Positions 17,097-26,960 of a stretch of DNA of 64,000 bases are shown here, in pieces. Location: IMG/VR virus record IMGVR_UViG_3300028840_003687, one strand, 5' to 3'. How positions within the stretch are numbered: the first letter of the stretch is position 1; each line of letters starts with the position of its first letter. Below the pieces are notes generated by a model. It searched no databases. It had not been told where the DNA came from and was given only the letters and a program-made list of their open reading frames with translations. Source of the stretch: a virus. Made by a program: the position numbers and the translations under genes.

Positions 17097-18832
17097 TCGC
17101 AGCTCCTGATCCCGTTCTCGTCGATGGTACACGCTCCGCTGGCTTCGTCCACGGCCTTCATGATCCCTTCGCGCTTTCCGCCCGAGGTGAACGTCGTGCA
17201 GCCCTTCGCGCCCTGCTCCCAAGCCGTGACGTAGATCTTCTTGAAGTCCTCCCACGGCGTCGTGTGAGGCACGTTCAGCGTCTTGCTTACGGCGGAGTCG
17301 ACCAGCTGGGCTGCCGTCGTCAGCACGCGCAGGTGCTCTTCAACGGTAACCTCTGACGCCGGCCGTCCGCGAACGCCCAGGCGGTCGAGGCCGTAGTCAC
17401 GGAGCGTGACTTCCTGCTCCCCGTCGGCCATGTGGACCTTGCGCTGCGATTCGAACGCGAAGACCGGCTCGATGCCAGAGCTGACGTTGTCGGCCGCCAT
17501 CGAGATCGTCCCGCACGGCGCGATCGACGTGAGGTGCGAGTTGCGGAGGCCGTACTTGTGGATCTTGTTCTGAACGTCCACATGGAGCGTCTTGAAAAAC
17601 TTCCCGTCGCAAAACTGCTCCGCGTCGTAGAGCTTGAACGGCCCCTTCTCTCGAGCCAGCTCCGCCGAAGCGTCGTAGGACTCGTCGCGGAGGGTCGTCA
17701 GGACCTGCTCCTCGAACTCCACGAACTCGTCGGTGCCGTACGGGAATCCGAGCGCTTCGCCTGCGTTCGCGAGCGCGGTGACCCCGAGCCCCATACGCCG
17801 CTTGTTCTGGGCTTCCCGCTTCTGCTCTTCCAGAGGATAGATGGCGCGATCGACGACGTTGTCCATGGAACGCACGGTGGGCGCGATGTCGTCCACGAAG
17901 GAGTGCCAGTCGAGGCCCAGGAAGCTCCCGTTGCTGCCGCGATGGAGGTACTTCACGAGGTTGAACGAGCCCAGAAGGCACGCACCGTGTGGCGGGAGCG
18001 GCTGCTCACCGCAGGGGTTGGTCGCCGCGATCTCCTCGCAGTACCACAGGTTGTTCATCTCGTTGATGCGGTCGATGAACAGCACCCCCGGCTCTCCCCA
18101 GTCCCAGGTGGAGCGCATCAGCGTCTCCCAAAGCGGCTTCGGGTCGATTGTGCGGTAGACCTTGCCGTCGAACTTCAGCCTGAACGGGCGCTCGTTCAGC
18201 AGACACCGCATGAACTCGTCCGTGACCGCGACCGAGACGTTGAAGTTGGTCAGCGCCGTCTCGTTCTGCTTCTCGCGAATGAACGTCTCGATATCCGGGT
18301 GATCGATCCGCAGCACGCCCATCTGGGCACCGCGGCGGTGACCGGCGGCCTTGATGATTGCGCAGTAGCTGTCGAAGCCATGCATGACCGAGACCGGACC
18401 GGAGGCGGTCGATTCGATCGACGAGACGTGTGTCCCGTTGGGCCGGAGCGTCGAGAAGTCGTAGCCGATCCCTCCGCCCAGGCGGAGCGTTTCGACCGAC
18501 TCGGTCTGGCGCTGCATGATGTTGCCGTGGCCGCGCGTGAACGAGTCCTCGATCGTCCCGCTCACGTAGCAGTTGTACGGCGTCACCTGACGCGTGCTGC
18601 CCATGGACGCCTGCACGCGGCCGGCTGGCATGAACCGCATGTTCCGAATAACATCACGGAACGTGTGGTAGTGGTCGGCGTCATCCGACATCGCACTCGC
18701 GATGCGGTTCATGGCTTCGGGGAAGGACTCGTTTTTCCCGCGGTACTTCTCCGCGTGGACCTGATCGCAAAAGGGGTGCTGCGGGCCGAACTCACTCAAT
18801 GCATTTCTCCGGTGAAGGGGGTCGGCCATCAT
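17093..18832 (-). CDS. ribonucleotide reductase large (catalytic) chain, probably monomeric class II
   Basis: ATNPCGEQPL active-site finger motif; ~580 aa from MMADPLH (start overlapping the helicase stop); no NrdB-like gene seen nearby, so class II is inferred. Confidence 0.75.
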   Translation of the reverse strand: MMADPLHRRNALSEFGPQHPFCDQVHAEKYRGKNESFPEAMNRIASAMSDDADHYHTFRDVIRNMRFMPAGRVQASMGSTRQVTPYNCYVSGTIEDSFTRGHGNIMQRQTESVETLRLGGGIGYDFSTLRPNGTHVSSIESTASGPVSVMHGFDSYCAIIKAAGHRRGAQMGVLRIDHPDIETFIREKQNETALTNFNVSVAVTDEFMRCLLNERPFRLKFDGKVYRTIDPKPLWETLMRSTWDWGEPGVLFIDRINEMNNLWYCEEIAATNPCGEQPLPPHGACLLGSFNLVKYLHRGSNGSFLGLDWHSFVDDIAPTVRSMDNVVDRAIYPLEEQKREAQNKRRMGLGVTALANAGEALGFPYGTDEFVEFEEQVLTTLRDESYDASAELAREKGPFKLYDAEQFCDGKFFKTLHVDVQNKIHKYGLRNSHLTSIAPCGTISMAADNVSSGIEPVFAFESQRKVHMADGEQEVTLRDYGLDRLGVRGRPASEVTVEEHLRVLTTAAQLVDSAVSKTLNVPHTTPWEDFKKIYVTAWEQGAKGCTTFTSGGKREGIMKAVDEASGACTIDENGIRSCE

Positions 18833-20043
18833 ACCACGACCGTGACGGACTTGGCAGCCCGGGTGATTGCGGTGTAGAGCCACCGCTGCGCGTCGTCGCG
18901 GAAAGAGCTGCTCTCGTCGAAGATCAGCACGTTGTCCCACTGGCTGCCCTGCGACTTGTGGCACGTCAGCGCGTAGCCGTAGTCGAACTCCTCGTGATCG
19001 CGGCGGTCCCACCAGGGGATCGACTTCACGTCGCCGGCGAACGCAGCGAGCCACGCGCTGACCGCAACCTCTGGGCTGTTCCCGACACCGTGCTCCTCGA
19101 GAAGCATGCTCACGAGCCCAGCGTCCTCGTCGATCTCCGCCACGTTGGCGGTCCAGAGCGTCCCGTTCAGGATGCCCAGCTCGCGGTTGTTCCGGAGGCA
19201 GACGACCTTCTCGCCCTCCACCACCGGCACGTCGACGGGATATCCCAACAGCTCCCGGCAGCGCCGGTTGACCTGGTGCCGCGTGGCGTTTCGCCCACAG
19301 ATCAGCTGGTCCTGGGCCATCACGAGTTCGGGATCCTGCTTGCCCTTCACTACGCGGCTGATCCCGTAGTTGCCCACGGACAGCTTCCGGCCCTCGCGCA
19401 CGAGCGTCGCCAGGTGGATGATCGGATCGTTCTCGGCCTGCCGGTGGATGCTCGTAAGCATGTAGTCCGGCCGCTGATCGGTGAAGAAGCCTCCGCTCGC
19501 GACGGGCGGCAGCTGGGCTGGGTCGCCCAGGACGAGCACCTTCGTGCCGAACGAGAGCAGATCCTCACCCATGTCCACGCCTACCATCGAACACTCGTCG
19601 ATGATCAGCAGGTCGAGGTCACGGACCTCTGAGTCCCTGTTCAGAACGAACGCGGGCTTGTTGACCTCGTCCTTCTCGTCGTCGATCTGCTTCTTGAGCT
19701 TCTTGATCCGGAGAGCGTCGCGGTCCGTCAGCTCGTCCTTCGCTTCCAGCTCCGCCAGCTCCTGCTCTAGTCCCTGGAGTCGGTTCTTCGACTTGTTGTA
19801 GGGGATGTAAATGAGCGAGTGGATCGTCGTCGCTGGGCATCCTTTCGAGACAAGGACTGACGCAGCTTTTCCTGTGTATGCAGCGAACGCAACTCGTCCG
19901 CCTGTATTTTCCGCGAGGTGTCGTGCGAGAGTAGTTTTTCCAGTTCCCGCATAACCGAAGAGTCGAAAGACCTGCTGCTCACCGCTGCGATACCAATCGC
20001 TCACCGCAGCAAGCGCCTTTTCCTGATCGGGAGACCATTCCAT
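18829..20043 (-). CDS. SF1 RecD/Dda-like DNA helicase
   Basis: Walker A GYAGTGKTT, Walker B LLIIDECSMV, VLVLGDPAQLPPV motif; start taken at MEWSPDQ (GGAG RBS); the N-terminal ORF extension looks non-coding. Confidence 0.75.
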   Translation of the reverse strand: MEWSPDQEKALAAVSDWYRSGEQQVFRLFGYAGTGKTTLARHLAENTGGRVAFAAYTGKAASVLVSKGCPATTIHSLIYIPYNKSKNRLQGLEQELAELEAKDELTDRDALRIKKLKKQIDDEKDEVNKPAFVLNRDSEVRDLDLLIIDECSMVGVDMGEDLLSFGTKVLVLGDPAQLPPVASGGFFTDQRPDYMLTSIHRQAENDPIIHLATLVREGRKLSVGNYGISRVVKGKQDPELVMAQDQLICGRNATRHQVNRRCRELLGYPVDVPVVEGEKVVCLRNNRELGILNGTLWTANVAEIDEDAGLVSMLLEEHGVGNSPEVAVSAWLAAFAGDVKSIPWWDRRDHEEFDYGYALTCHKSQGSQWDNVLIFDESSSFRDDAQRWLYTAITRAAKSVTVVV

Positions 20044-20062
20044 TGTATTTGCTCCGAAAGAC

Positions 20063-20109
20063 GGGCGCGCCCCCGTTGACCTCCCCCGAGTTCCCCAGGA
20101 GGCGCGCCC
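20063..20109 (-). terminator. GC-rich hairpin (possible terminator/regulatory stem-loop) between the SSB-like and helicase genes
   Basis: Inverted repeat GGGCGCGCC...GGCGCGCCC with a 29-nt loop; the following U-tract on the - strand transcript is weak. Confidence 0.3.
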
Positions 20110-20164
20110 TAACACCGTTTTCCTGACCATCGCTCCGCGTACGGTCAGTGCCCAGGGTACTTCC

Positions 20165-21022
20165 CTAGAACGGTGCGTCTCCATCGGAGTCGCCGTCGGA
20201 GGAGGCGCTGCCACCGCCGTCGGCCGTGGACATGTCCGCCTTGGCGATGCCCTGCTTGACCATGTCACGCATCTCGCGACCCGCCGCGAACAGCTCGTGA
20301 TCCGAGCCCAGGAGGCTGTCGAGCAGCTTCCCGTTCGCCGGGGCCAGCTTGAAGTTGGCGTACTCCTGGCCCGCCTTGTTCTTCTCGTCGACGGTCGAGA
20401 CCTTGGTCAGGTGGGCGAAGAGGTCCGGCTTGATCTTGCCGTTCGGCGTGTTCAGCACGAACATGCGGATCGCGGACATCCACTTCCGGTAGACCTTGAT
20501 CTTCGAGGACGTGAACGAGATGATGCAGGGCATCGGCTCGCTGTGCTCGGGGATCAGGATGCCGTAGACGTCGAACGTCTCGACGAGGTCGTGACCGTCG
20601 GGCGTCTTCACCGTGCCGAAGGGCAGGTCGTTCGCCTTGGCGTCGCGGAGAGCGTCGACCACGAACTTGTCGGTCACCTCGTACGAGCCCACGAAGCCAC
20701 CGCCGTCGTCGACGGGGATCCACTCGTTGTAGAGGTGCTTGGTCGTCGCCGGGACGAAGAGAACCTCGTCGTAGCACTCCTGGGTGACGGTGTTGAAGAG
20801 CTTGCCAACTTCGGCGCCCTCGACTCCACCCTTCTCGACGGACTTCACTTCCGGGCTGAGCGCCTGGAGGACACGCAGGAACGGTACCTGAATGTCGCTG
20901 TTGTCCTGGTTCTCGAAGCCGGCTCCCTCGTAACCCGAGTAGTCGACGTCCACGCTGACGGAATTTCCGGCAGCCTTGGTGACGGCCGTCTCTTCGACGG
21001 CGTCGCTCTTGTCCTTGGCCAT
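20165..21022 (-). CDS. putative ssDNA-binding protein (acidic C-terminal tail ending in Phe, T7 gp2.5-like feature)
   Basis: 285 aa; the C-terminus GGGSASSDGDSDGDAPF is an acidic tail with a terminal aromatic residue, as in phage SSBs; lies within the replication module. Confidence 0.4.
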   Translation of the reverse strand: MAKDKSDAVEETAVTKAAGNSVSVDVDYSGYEGAGFENQDNSDIQVPFLRVLQALSPEVKSVEKGGVEGAEVGKLFNTVTQECYDEVLFVPATTKHLYNEWIPVDDGGGFVGSYEVTDKFVVDALRDAKANDLPFGTVKTPDGHDLVETFDVYGILIPEHSEPMPCIISFTSSKIKVYRKWMSAIRMFVLNTPNGKIKPDLFAHLTKVSTVDEKNKAGQEYANFKLAPANGKLLDSLLGSDHELFAAGREMRDMVKQGIAKADMSTADGGGSASSDGDSDGDAPF

Positions 21023-21090
21023 GGTGAGGCCTCCTGTGTTGAGATTGCAGAGGGTTCTTTTAGGGCCCCCAGTGCGTCAGCCCATGTGAA

Positions 21091-21261
21091 CTAGCGGTTC
21101 CGGCGACTGGCCTTGTACCGCTGGATGACGACCTTGACGGACGTGTAGGGCCAGATCGCCCCCGCGACCAGAGACTGCTTCACGGTCATGCCGATGAACA
21201 GGCTCGTTGCGAGTTCGACGCACGCGCCGCCGATGTAGTATCCCGCGAGAAACTTGATCAT
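21091..21261 (-). CDS. small membrane protein
   Basis: 56-aa ORF (below track threshold) MIKFLAGYYIGGACVELATSLFIGMTV...; ATGA overlap with the upstream stop. Confidence 0.35.
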   Translation of the reverse strand: MIKFLAGYYIGGACVELATSLFIGMTVKQSLVAGAIWPYTSVKVVIQRYKASRRNR

Positions 21262-21839
21262 TTCTTTCCCTTCTTGATCTGAGCGATCGTTTGTCGATGG
21301 CCGCCGAGCATCGCCAGCGGCACCTCTTCCCCGTCTTCCAGCTTGTGCTTCACGAACGCCTTGACGCTATTCGTCTCGACGCCTTCGAACTTGTTCATCG
21401 TGAGCCGGCCGGGGTACTGGGCGATGAACTCTTCGAACTGCTTGGCCGCGTCACCCTCGCCCTTGTCGAACTTGAAGCCGAACTCCTCCTTGATAAGGTA
21501 TTCGCCCTCGTTCTCGATCAGCCAGGTGATCACTTCCTTCCGCCGGTCGGGATCCTTCGGGATGCTCAGGCGGAGGGTCTCCTTCACCGTAATCTCGCTG
21601 CCGTCCTTCAGCTTGAAGGACTCCATGTTCAGCGAGTCCAGCAGCTCCGGGATCTGCTTCCACGCGATCTCGCGAACCTCGGCCTCGAGATCCTTGATCT
21701 CCGCCTGGTGCTCTGCGATCTGGGCTTCGAGGTCGCGCTGTCGATCGGCAAGGCCTGTCAGAAGCTCCAGGTCACCTCCGCTGACTTCGGTCTGGCCGTA
21801 GCCGGAGTAGTCAACCTTCGGTTCCTTCGTCGTACTCAT
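21258..21839 (-). CDS. hypothetical protein (coiled-coil N-terminus)
   Basis: 193-aa ORF, good codon usage. Confidence 0.5.
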   Translation of the reverse strand: MSTTKEPKVDYSGYGQTEVSGGDLELLTGLADRQRDLEAQIAEHQAEIKDLEAEVREIAWKQIPELLDSLNMESFKLKDGSEITVKETLRLSIPKDPDRRKEVITWLIENEGEYLIKEEFGFKFDKGEGDAAKQFEEFIAQYPGRLTMNKFEGVETNSVKAFVKHKLEDGEEVPLAMLGGHRQTIAQIKKGKK

Positions 21840-22188
21840 CTTCGAACTCTCCGTTGATATCGGCCTGGATCTCGACGTATGCCTGGTCGCGTCCAGACCA
21901 CTGAAGGATGTTGACCCGGCCGTCGTTCAGGTCGGCCGCCACGGACATGGCAAAACCGACCAGGCACTGATTGCCTACCAAGAGTAGGTGGTCGTCATCC
22001 GAAAAAGTGTCGAGCTTTTCGTATAGCTCCGTGATGATTCCGCCGGCCGAGAACGGCTTCGCCCTGGGCGAGAGCAGGTACTCGATCCTCCCATACTGCT
22101 CCGCCTGCGTCAAGTCGAATCTGGGCACCATGTCGCCAGATCGCGGATCGACCTTCATTTGCTTCTGAACTACGTAGACTACACCCAT
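21811..22188 (-). CDS. hypothetical protein
   Basis: 125-aa ORF, acidic C-terminus. Confidence 0.45.
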   Translation of the reverse strand: MGVVYVVQKQMKVDPRSGDMVPRFDLTQAEQYGRIEYLLSPRAKPFSAGGIITELYEKLDTFSDDDHLLLVGNQCLVGFAMSVAADLNDGRVNILQWSGRDQAYVEIQADINGEFEDEYDEGTEG

Positions 22189-23624
22189 TCGACTTCTCGA
22201 TCTCCAAGGGTCTCCGCCGAGACTTTCCGTTTCTTTCTGAGCGATTTCACGATGTGATAGTCGATCGAATTCATCGCCATCAGGTCGGTCACGAGCACCG
22301 ACGTATCCTGACCGATTCTATGGTTCCTGTCTTCTGCCTGCAAGCGATGCCGAGGTACAAATGAGTTGCTGTAGAAGAACATGCTCTTTGCACAATTCAG
22401 GGTCAGCCCAGTGCCGCCGACCGCTGGGTTCGCGATCAGCCACTGCGCGTTCCCTGCCTTGAAGCTCGCCTTGCTCTTCTCGCGGCCCTCCTCGTCGAGG
22501 GATCCGTCGAGCCGCACAGCGCTGCTGCCCAGGGCCTTCGTCAGCAGGTCGATGTCCAGCCGAAAGCGGCACCAGACGATGGCCTGGTGCGGCGTGTGCT
22601 CCAGAAGCTCAAGCTGGAGGTCCAGGCGCGGGTTCTTGTCCCCGATCAGCTGGTATGGCTCCGCGTTCTCGCCCTCCTCCTCGGGCGTCGGGAGGTAGCC
22701 GCACGCGACCTGCTGGAGCCGGAGCTGGCGGACGATCGCGAGATCGGCCTCCCACTCCATGCCGTTCACTTCGGTGCGGTACTCGGTCTCGATCTGGTTG
22801 TAGATCCGCTGCTGCTCCGGCGTCATCTCGAAACGCGCCTTGGCGTAGAGCCTCTCGGGCAGGTCGAGCACGTCCTCCTTGAGCACCCGCGAGCTGATCG
22901 GCTGAAGCCACTCGTGCAGCTCGTCGAGGTTCACGTAGCCCGTGCAGAACTCGCCGCCGTTGGGCGCGCCCATGAACGTGCCGAACCGGTGCTTGAAGGC
23001 CTGATAGGTCGGAATGCGGTACTGCTTCCAGTAGTCGTTCTGGAGATATCGAACCGGCGCGTAGACGTCGAACGGACTCTGGGCTGTCGGCGTGCCGTCG
23101 AGGATCCGCGTGTAGATGGGGTACTTCCCAGCCGCGACCACGCTCTTCGTCCGCTTCGCCCCGGGCGTCTTGATCTCGCCCGACTCGTCACAGACCATCA
23201 TGATCCCCTGCTGCATGAAAGCCCAGGCGAGTTCCTTGCCCTCCTTGGTCATGAAGCCAGAGTAGGGCATCGTCATGACCTTGAAGCCATCCTTGTATGC
23301 GAGGAAGTCCCTCAGCTCGCGCTGGTGCCACTTCGTCTTCTTCTTGGCGTTCAGGAACGAGACCATCTTCGCCCGCTCGGCGATGCGATCGGGCAGATGG
23401 GTGGGCATCTCGTCCGTGCGCCAGTTCTGGTGGACAGCGTTGGGTGCCAGGACTAGCAGGCCGTTGATCTCGCCCTCCTCGTACATGTAGGCGGCCGAGT
23501 CGACGACAATCTTCGACTTCCCGGTGCCCTGCTCGTGGAAGTGAGCCCAAGCGCGCTTCTCGCGCGTATTCTCGAAGTCCTCCCTCTGGTGGTCGAAGGG
23601 GACGGTCTTGTATTCGTAGCTCAC
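22179..23624 (-). CDS. SNF2-family DNA-dependent ATPase/helicase
   Basis: N-terminal QGTGKS Walker A, DESG Walker B, C-terminal helicase-C domain (GGTGLTLN...QAEDRNHRIGQ). Confidence 0.65.
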   Translation of the reverse strand: MSYEYKTVPFDHQREDFENTREKRAWAHFHEQGTGKSKIVVDSAAYMYEEGEINGLLVLAPNAVHQNWRTDEMPTHLPDRIAERAKMVSFLNAKKKTKWHQRELRDFLAYKDGFKVMTMPYSGFMTKEGKELAWAFMQQGIMMVCDESGEIKTPGAKRTKSVVAAGKYPIYTRILDGTPTAQSPFDVYAPVRYLQNDYWKQYRIPTYQAFKHRFGTFMGAPNGGEFCTGYVNLDELHEWLQPISSRVLKEDVLDLPERLYAKARFEMTPEQQRIYNQIETEYRTEVNGMEWEADLAIVRQLRLQQVACGYLPTPEEEGENAEPYQLIGDKNPRLDLQLELLEHTPHQAIVWCRFRLDIDLLTKALGSSAVRLDGSLDEEGREKSKASFKAGNAQWLIANPAVGGTGLTLNCAKSMFFYSNSFVPRHRLQAEDRNHRIGQDTSVLVTDLMAMNSIDYHIVKSLRKKRKVSAETLGDREVEWV

Positions 23625-24088
23625 GGGTATCGCTTGCTTCGGGGCAGCTCGAAGTGCGGGCCGTCGAGGAAGACGCGCTGGCCCTTCGCCTGGCGACGCT
23701 TCGTATAGGCCTCGACCTCACCTTCGATCGTGCCGTACATCGACGAGAGCCGGCGATCCCAGACGCCGCCCCAGCGGATCGGGATTTCGATCTCGATCGA
23801 CACCATGCGCGCGGCAGCGGCCAGCTCGTAGATCGGCGCCCACTCCCAGCGGAGCTTCCCGTTGATGTAGGGGACGAGGTCGACAGCGCAGCCATCCAGG
23901 TGGCGCGACTTCATCGTTCTCGAGACCCCGCGGCGCACCAGCTCTCGCTGCTCGCTGATCAGGCGGATTCCATCGTGGACGCCGAAGTCCACTGGGCTCA
24001 CTACCAGCAGCCGTCGGACGAACCACTGTAGATCCTCGTGGACGTTCTCCAGCTCGCGTCGGCTTCGTGCGGATAGTTTCCAGGCCAT
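23621..24088 (-). CDS. zinc peptidase, M15-family (LAS-type) - probable endolysin (L-Ala-D-Glu or D-Ala-D-Ala peptidase)
   Basis: SRHLDGCAVD (H-x6-D zinc ligands) and WGGVWD...DGPHFEL motif. Confidence 0.55.
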   Translation of the reverse strand: MAWKLSARSRRELENVHEDLQWFVRRLLVVSPVDFGVHDGIRLISEQRELVRRGVSRTMKSRHLDGCAVDLVPYINGKLRWEWAPIYELAAAARMVSIEIEIPIRWGGVWDRRLSSMYGTIEGEVEAYTKRRQAKGQRVFLDGPHFELPRSKRYP

Positions 24089-24089
24089 G

Positions 24090-24272
24090 TTATTCCTCCC
24101 TGATGTCTTGCTTTGCTTCGCGCCGCGCCCTCTTGTGGAAGCGGCGTCTGATCTTCTTGATGACCCCTGGTCGGTCGAGGCCGACGAGCCAGCGGCGCCA
24201 GTTCTTGCTGAATGCGTCCGTGGTATCGCCGTCCTTCGCCGGCGGCAGGGCCTTGCGACCCTTGTAGCTCAT
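24090..24272 (-). CDS. small basic protein
   Basis: 60 aa, Lys/Arg-rich. Confidence 0.35.
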   Translation of the reverse strand: MSYKGRKALPPAKDGDTTDAFSKNWRRWLVGLDRPGVIKKIRRRFHKRARREAKQDIREE

Positions 24273-25873
24273 GCCTTGTGCTTCCCCTTCCAGATCGTGA
24301 TGATCTGGCGCCGGCCATTGTACATGGTCACGATCGCGCTCTGCGACCAGCTGGATAGCCCGTCGTTGTAGCCCTGGTCAAGGTCGCCCCAGACGCCAGC
24401 CGTCGCGGTCCCGTGGATCAGGCTCGCGGTGTGGTCGTGGCCGCGGTTGGCCTTCATGCCCATCTTCGCGTAGCCGCGGGCTGAGCCTCGCGCGCCGTTC
24501 GCCCCCAGGTGGCCGTGCTGGCCGAACTGGATGCCCTTGCGGATGTGGTCCTGATCGCGGCGGAGGAACGTGATCTCGTCCCGGACGCCCAGCCAGCGGC
24601 TCACGGTCTCGGGCAGGTAGAAGTCGTCGTCTCCGTCGCGGATCGCCTTCAGCTTCGCGAGCACGCATTCGAGCAGGAAGACCGCGTTCGGCGGGTCTTC
24701 GCGCCAGTCGGCGTAGTGGGTCCACTTCTCGATCATGTCGTCGTGGTTCGCGTTCACGACGTAGGTCTTGCACCACGGGCGGTAGGCGACGTGCGAGAGG
24801 AACGAGACCGTGTCCTTGCACATCTCCTCGACGCTCTCTTCGCCGTCGACGAACTTCTCGAACCGCTTGTAGGGATCCTTGTCATCGTGGTGGTTCCGCG
24901 GCGGGTCGAAGAGGTCGTGCATGAACTCCTCCTCCGGTCGCAGCTCGTCCTTGATCCCACCTGGGCCCCAGGTCCGCTCGAAGAGGTCGGGGTCCGGCTT
25001 GGAGAGGTGGATGTCGCCCCAGTTGACCGCGAAGACCGTCTTCCCCGTCGCGTTCACCGTCTTCCCGTCCCGAGCGATCACGTCGAGGTCGTAGATCTCG
25101 CCGTCGCGCCCAGCGTGAAGCTGCCGGACCCACCAGTCGCCGCTCGAGTTCACCTCGGCGATCAGCCCGCCGTACGCGTGGTGGTGCTCTGCCTTGATCC
25201 CCGCCTTCTTCTGGAGGTAGTTCATCTGGCCGACGGTGCCGGTCGTGTACATGAACTTCGCAGGATCGAGCTTCGACGTCGGGACGCACTGCAGGCGGAT
25301 CGTCGCGTGCGGGAAGATCGAGCTGGCCGAGCCGGTGTAGGTCTCGTAGCCCGCGAGAGGGTTGTCTGCGGTCGGCAGATCGTTCGTGTGGCCGCACCAG
25401 TGGAGCCCAGGGGCGAGCGCGAGGTACTCGTCGGAGAAGAACTCGGTCGCCATCGGATCGAACCACAGCTCGCTCTCGCGCTCTTCGTCGGTCCCCGGCT
25501 TGACGCTCATCTTGCCGAACGCGTTCTTGTTGTAGGTGAAGCGCGCGACGTGCAGCTCCGCCTTCCAGAACTTCTTCAGCGCGAGGATGTTCTCCCAGAC
25601 GTCTGGGTGGATGTGCGTGCAGCTTTGGAGGGACGTCAGGATGTACCGCTTCACGCCCTTCTTCGGCAGCGGTAGCGGTTTGGCGGTATTCGGCTTCAGC
25701 GTGCCGCCAGCCAGCGGCTTCGTGTCGCGCAGGCCTAGCTTGTTGACGTAGTGGTAGACGGTACCACGCGAAATTTCGAGGCGCTTCGCGATGCCTCGCA
25801 CGTTCCCGTTCGTTTGCTCCCAAAGAGCGACTACCTGTGCATCTGTGATCCCCTTGTTGCGCGTATCGCTCAC
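24269..25873 (-). CDS. HTH-domain protein fused to a calcineurin-like metallophosphoesterase
   Basis: N-terminal HTH (GIAKRLEISRGTVYHYV); metallophosphoesterase motifs in order GDIH ... NANHDD ... GH ... GHDH. Confidence 0.5.
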   Translation of the reverse strand: MSDTRNKGITDAQVVALWEQTNGNVRGIAKRLEISRGTVYHYVNKLGLRDTKPLAGGTLKPNTAKPLPLPKKGVKRYILTSLQSCTHIHPDVWENILALKKFWKAELHVARFTYNKNAFGKMSVKPGTDEERESELWFDPMATEFFSDEYLALAPGLHWCGHTNDLPTADNPLAGYETYTGSASSIFPHATIRLQCVPTSKLDPAKFMYTTGTVGQMNYLQKKAGIKAEHHHAYGGLIAEVNSSGDWWVRQLHAGRDGEIYDLDVIARDGKTVNATGKTVFAVNWGDIHLSKPDPDLFERTWGPGGIKDELRPEEEFMHDLFDPPRNHHDDKDPYKRFEKFVDGEESVEEMCKDTVSFLSHVAYRPWCKTYVVNANHDDMIEKWTHYADWREDPPNAVFLLECVLAKLKAIRDGDDDFYLPETVSRWLGVRDEITFLRRDQDHIRKGIQFGQHGHLGANGARGSARGYAKMGMKANRGHDHTASLIHGTATAGVWGDLDQGYNDGLSSWSQSAIVTMYNGRRQIITIWKGKHKA

Positions 25874-25876
25874 AGG

Positions 25877-26587
25877 CTACTGGCCTCCGCCGGCTCCGTG
25901 CAACCGGTCCATGCGATCCATGATCATCTGGTCGCGCTGCTCGCTGCGCGTTTCCATGTCCTGCAGGCGAGTTGTGAAACTCTCGTAGGCGGCCTGTGCC
26001 TGCGACGCTTCGCGCGCCCGCAGAGACTTCTCTTCTTGCTGCTGGGCCAGGCTCTCGGCGTCACGGAGCTTCTCAATGTTCCTGCTAAGCTCGTCGTCGC
26101 GTCGAACGAAGTAGCCCTTGTTCGACTCGATCTCGTCACGAGCCCAGTAGGCGTCGCGTTCGAGGACAGCGAGGCGTTCCGCGCGGGACAGGATCTCGCG
26201 GTTGATGATCGCCGTGTCGTTCTTCAGGTCGTCGACCGACTGAATCGTCGTCGCCTGCCGCTCGCCCATCTCCTGGACGATCCCCACTATCTTGTCGAGG
26301 TCAGTGGAGTTGTCGCGGACCGAAGAGGCCCAAGGGACCACCATGGCACCGATGCCGGCGAGGAGGACGGTCACGACGAGCGCCAGCCAGCGTGTGAGCT
26401 GGGTGGTGTCCGTCGGACGAGCCATGAACTCGCGAACTTCCTTGGCGAGTGCGGCTTGCTCTCGTACCGACTGACGCAGCTCTTCTTGCGTTCGATTGGC
26501 GGACTCCGCCAGGCGACCGAGGTTGACCTCGATCTGGTTGACGCGCCCCTCAATCGTCGCTGCTGTCGTCTCCGGGAGATCCGGCAT
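25877..26587 (-). CDS. membrane-anchored coiled-coil protein
   Basis: TM helix WLALVVTVLLAGIGAMVVPW followed by a coiled-coil; overlaps the 3' end of the o-spanin gene. Confidence 0.45.
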   Translation of the reverse strand: MPDLPETTAATIEGRVNQIEVNLGRLAESANRTQEELRQSVREQAALAKEVREFMARPTDTTQLTRWLALVVTVLLAGIGAMVVPWASSVRDNSTDLDKIVGIVQEMGERQATTIQSVDDLKNDTAIINREILSRAERLAVLERDAYWARDEIESNKGYFVRRDDELSRNIEKLRDAESLAQQQEEKSLRAREASQAQAAYESFTTRLQDMETRSEQRDQMIMDRMDRLHGAGGGQ

Positions 26588-26960
26588 TCTCGTCCCTGTC
26601 CTGTCGGTAGTAGCGGAGCTGCCACATCACTTCCTGCGTGAAGCGGAGCACCTGCCCGTTGTTACGCGCGAGGATCTCGTACTGGGACGGATCCAGGCAG
26701 AAGTACACCGCCTCCGGATCCCGCCAGTACCCGGGCGCGAACACTGTCCATTCGAACGGTTCCAGCCGGAGGGGATCCGGCGGAAGAATCACCGGAGTCG
26801 GGTCCGGCAGCTCCACGATCTCCGTCACCACAGCCGGCGAGGGTGGAGTGGCAGTTGAGCAGCCGAATAACGCGAGCAGTAGCGCGATTGAGACGGCGCT
26901 CCATGTCCGCCGGATCAGCGCGCGTCTCCGCGTCGAGGTTGAGTTCCCGTAGTCGTTCAT
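26550..26960 (-). CDS. outer-membrane lipoprotein, o-spanin (Rz1-like)
   Basis: Signal peptide + lipobox (LLLALFGC), Pro-rich mature part; encoded in an alternative frame overlapping the i-spanin gene. Confidence 0.5.
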   Translation of the reverse strand: MNDYGNSTSTRRRALIRRTWSAVSIALLLALFGCSTATPPSPAVVTEIVELPDPTPVILPPDPLRLEPFEWTVFAPGYWRDPEAVYFCLDPSQYEILARNNGQVLRFTQEVMWQLRYYRQDRDENAGSPGDDSSDD

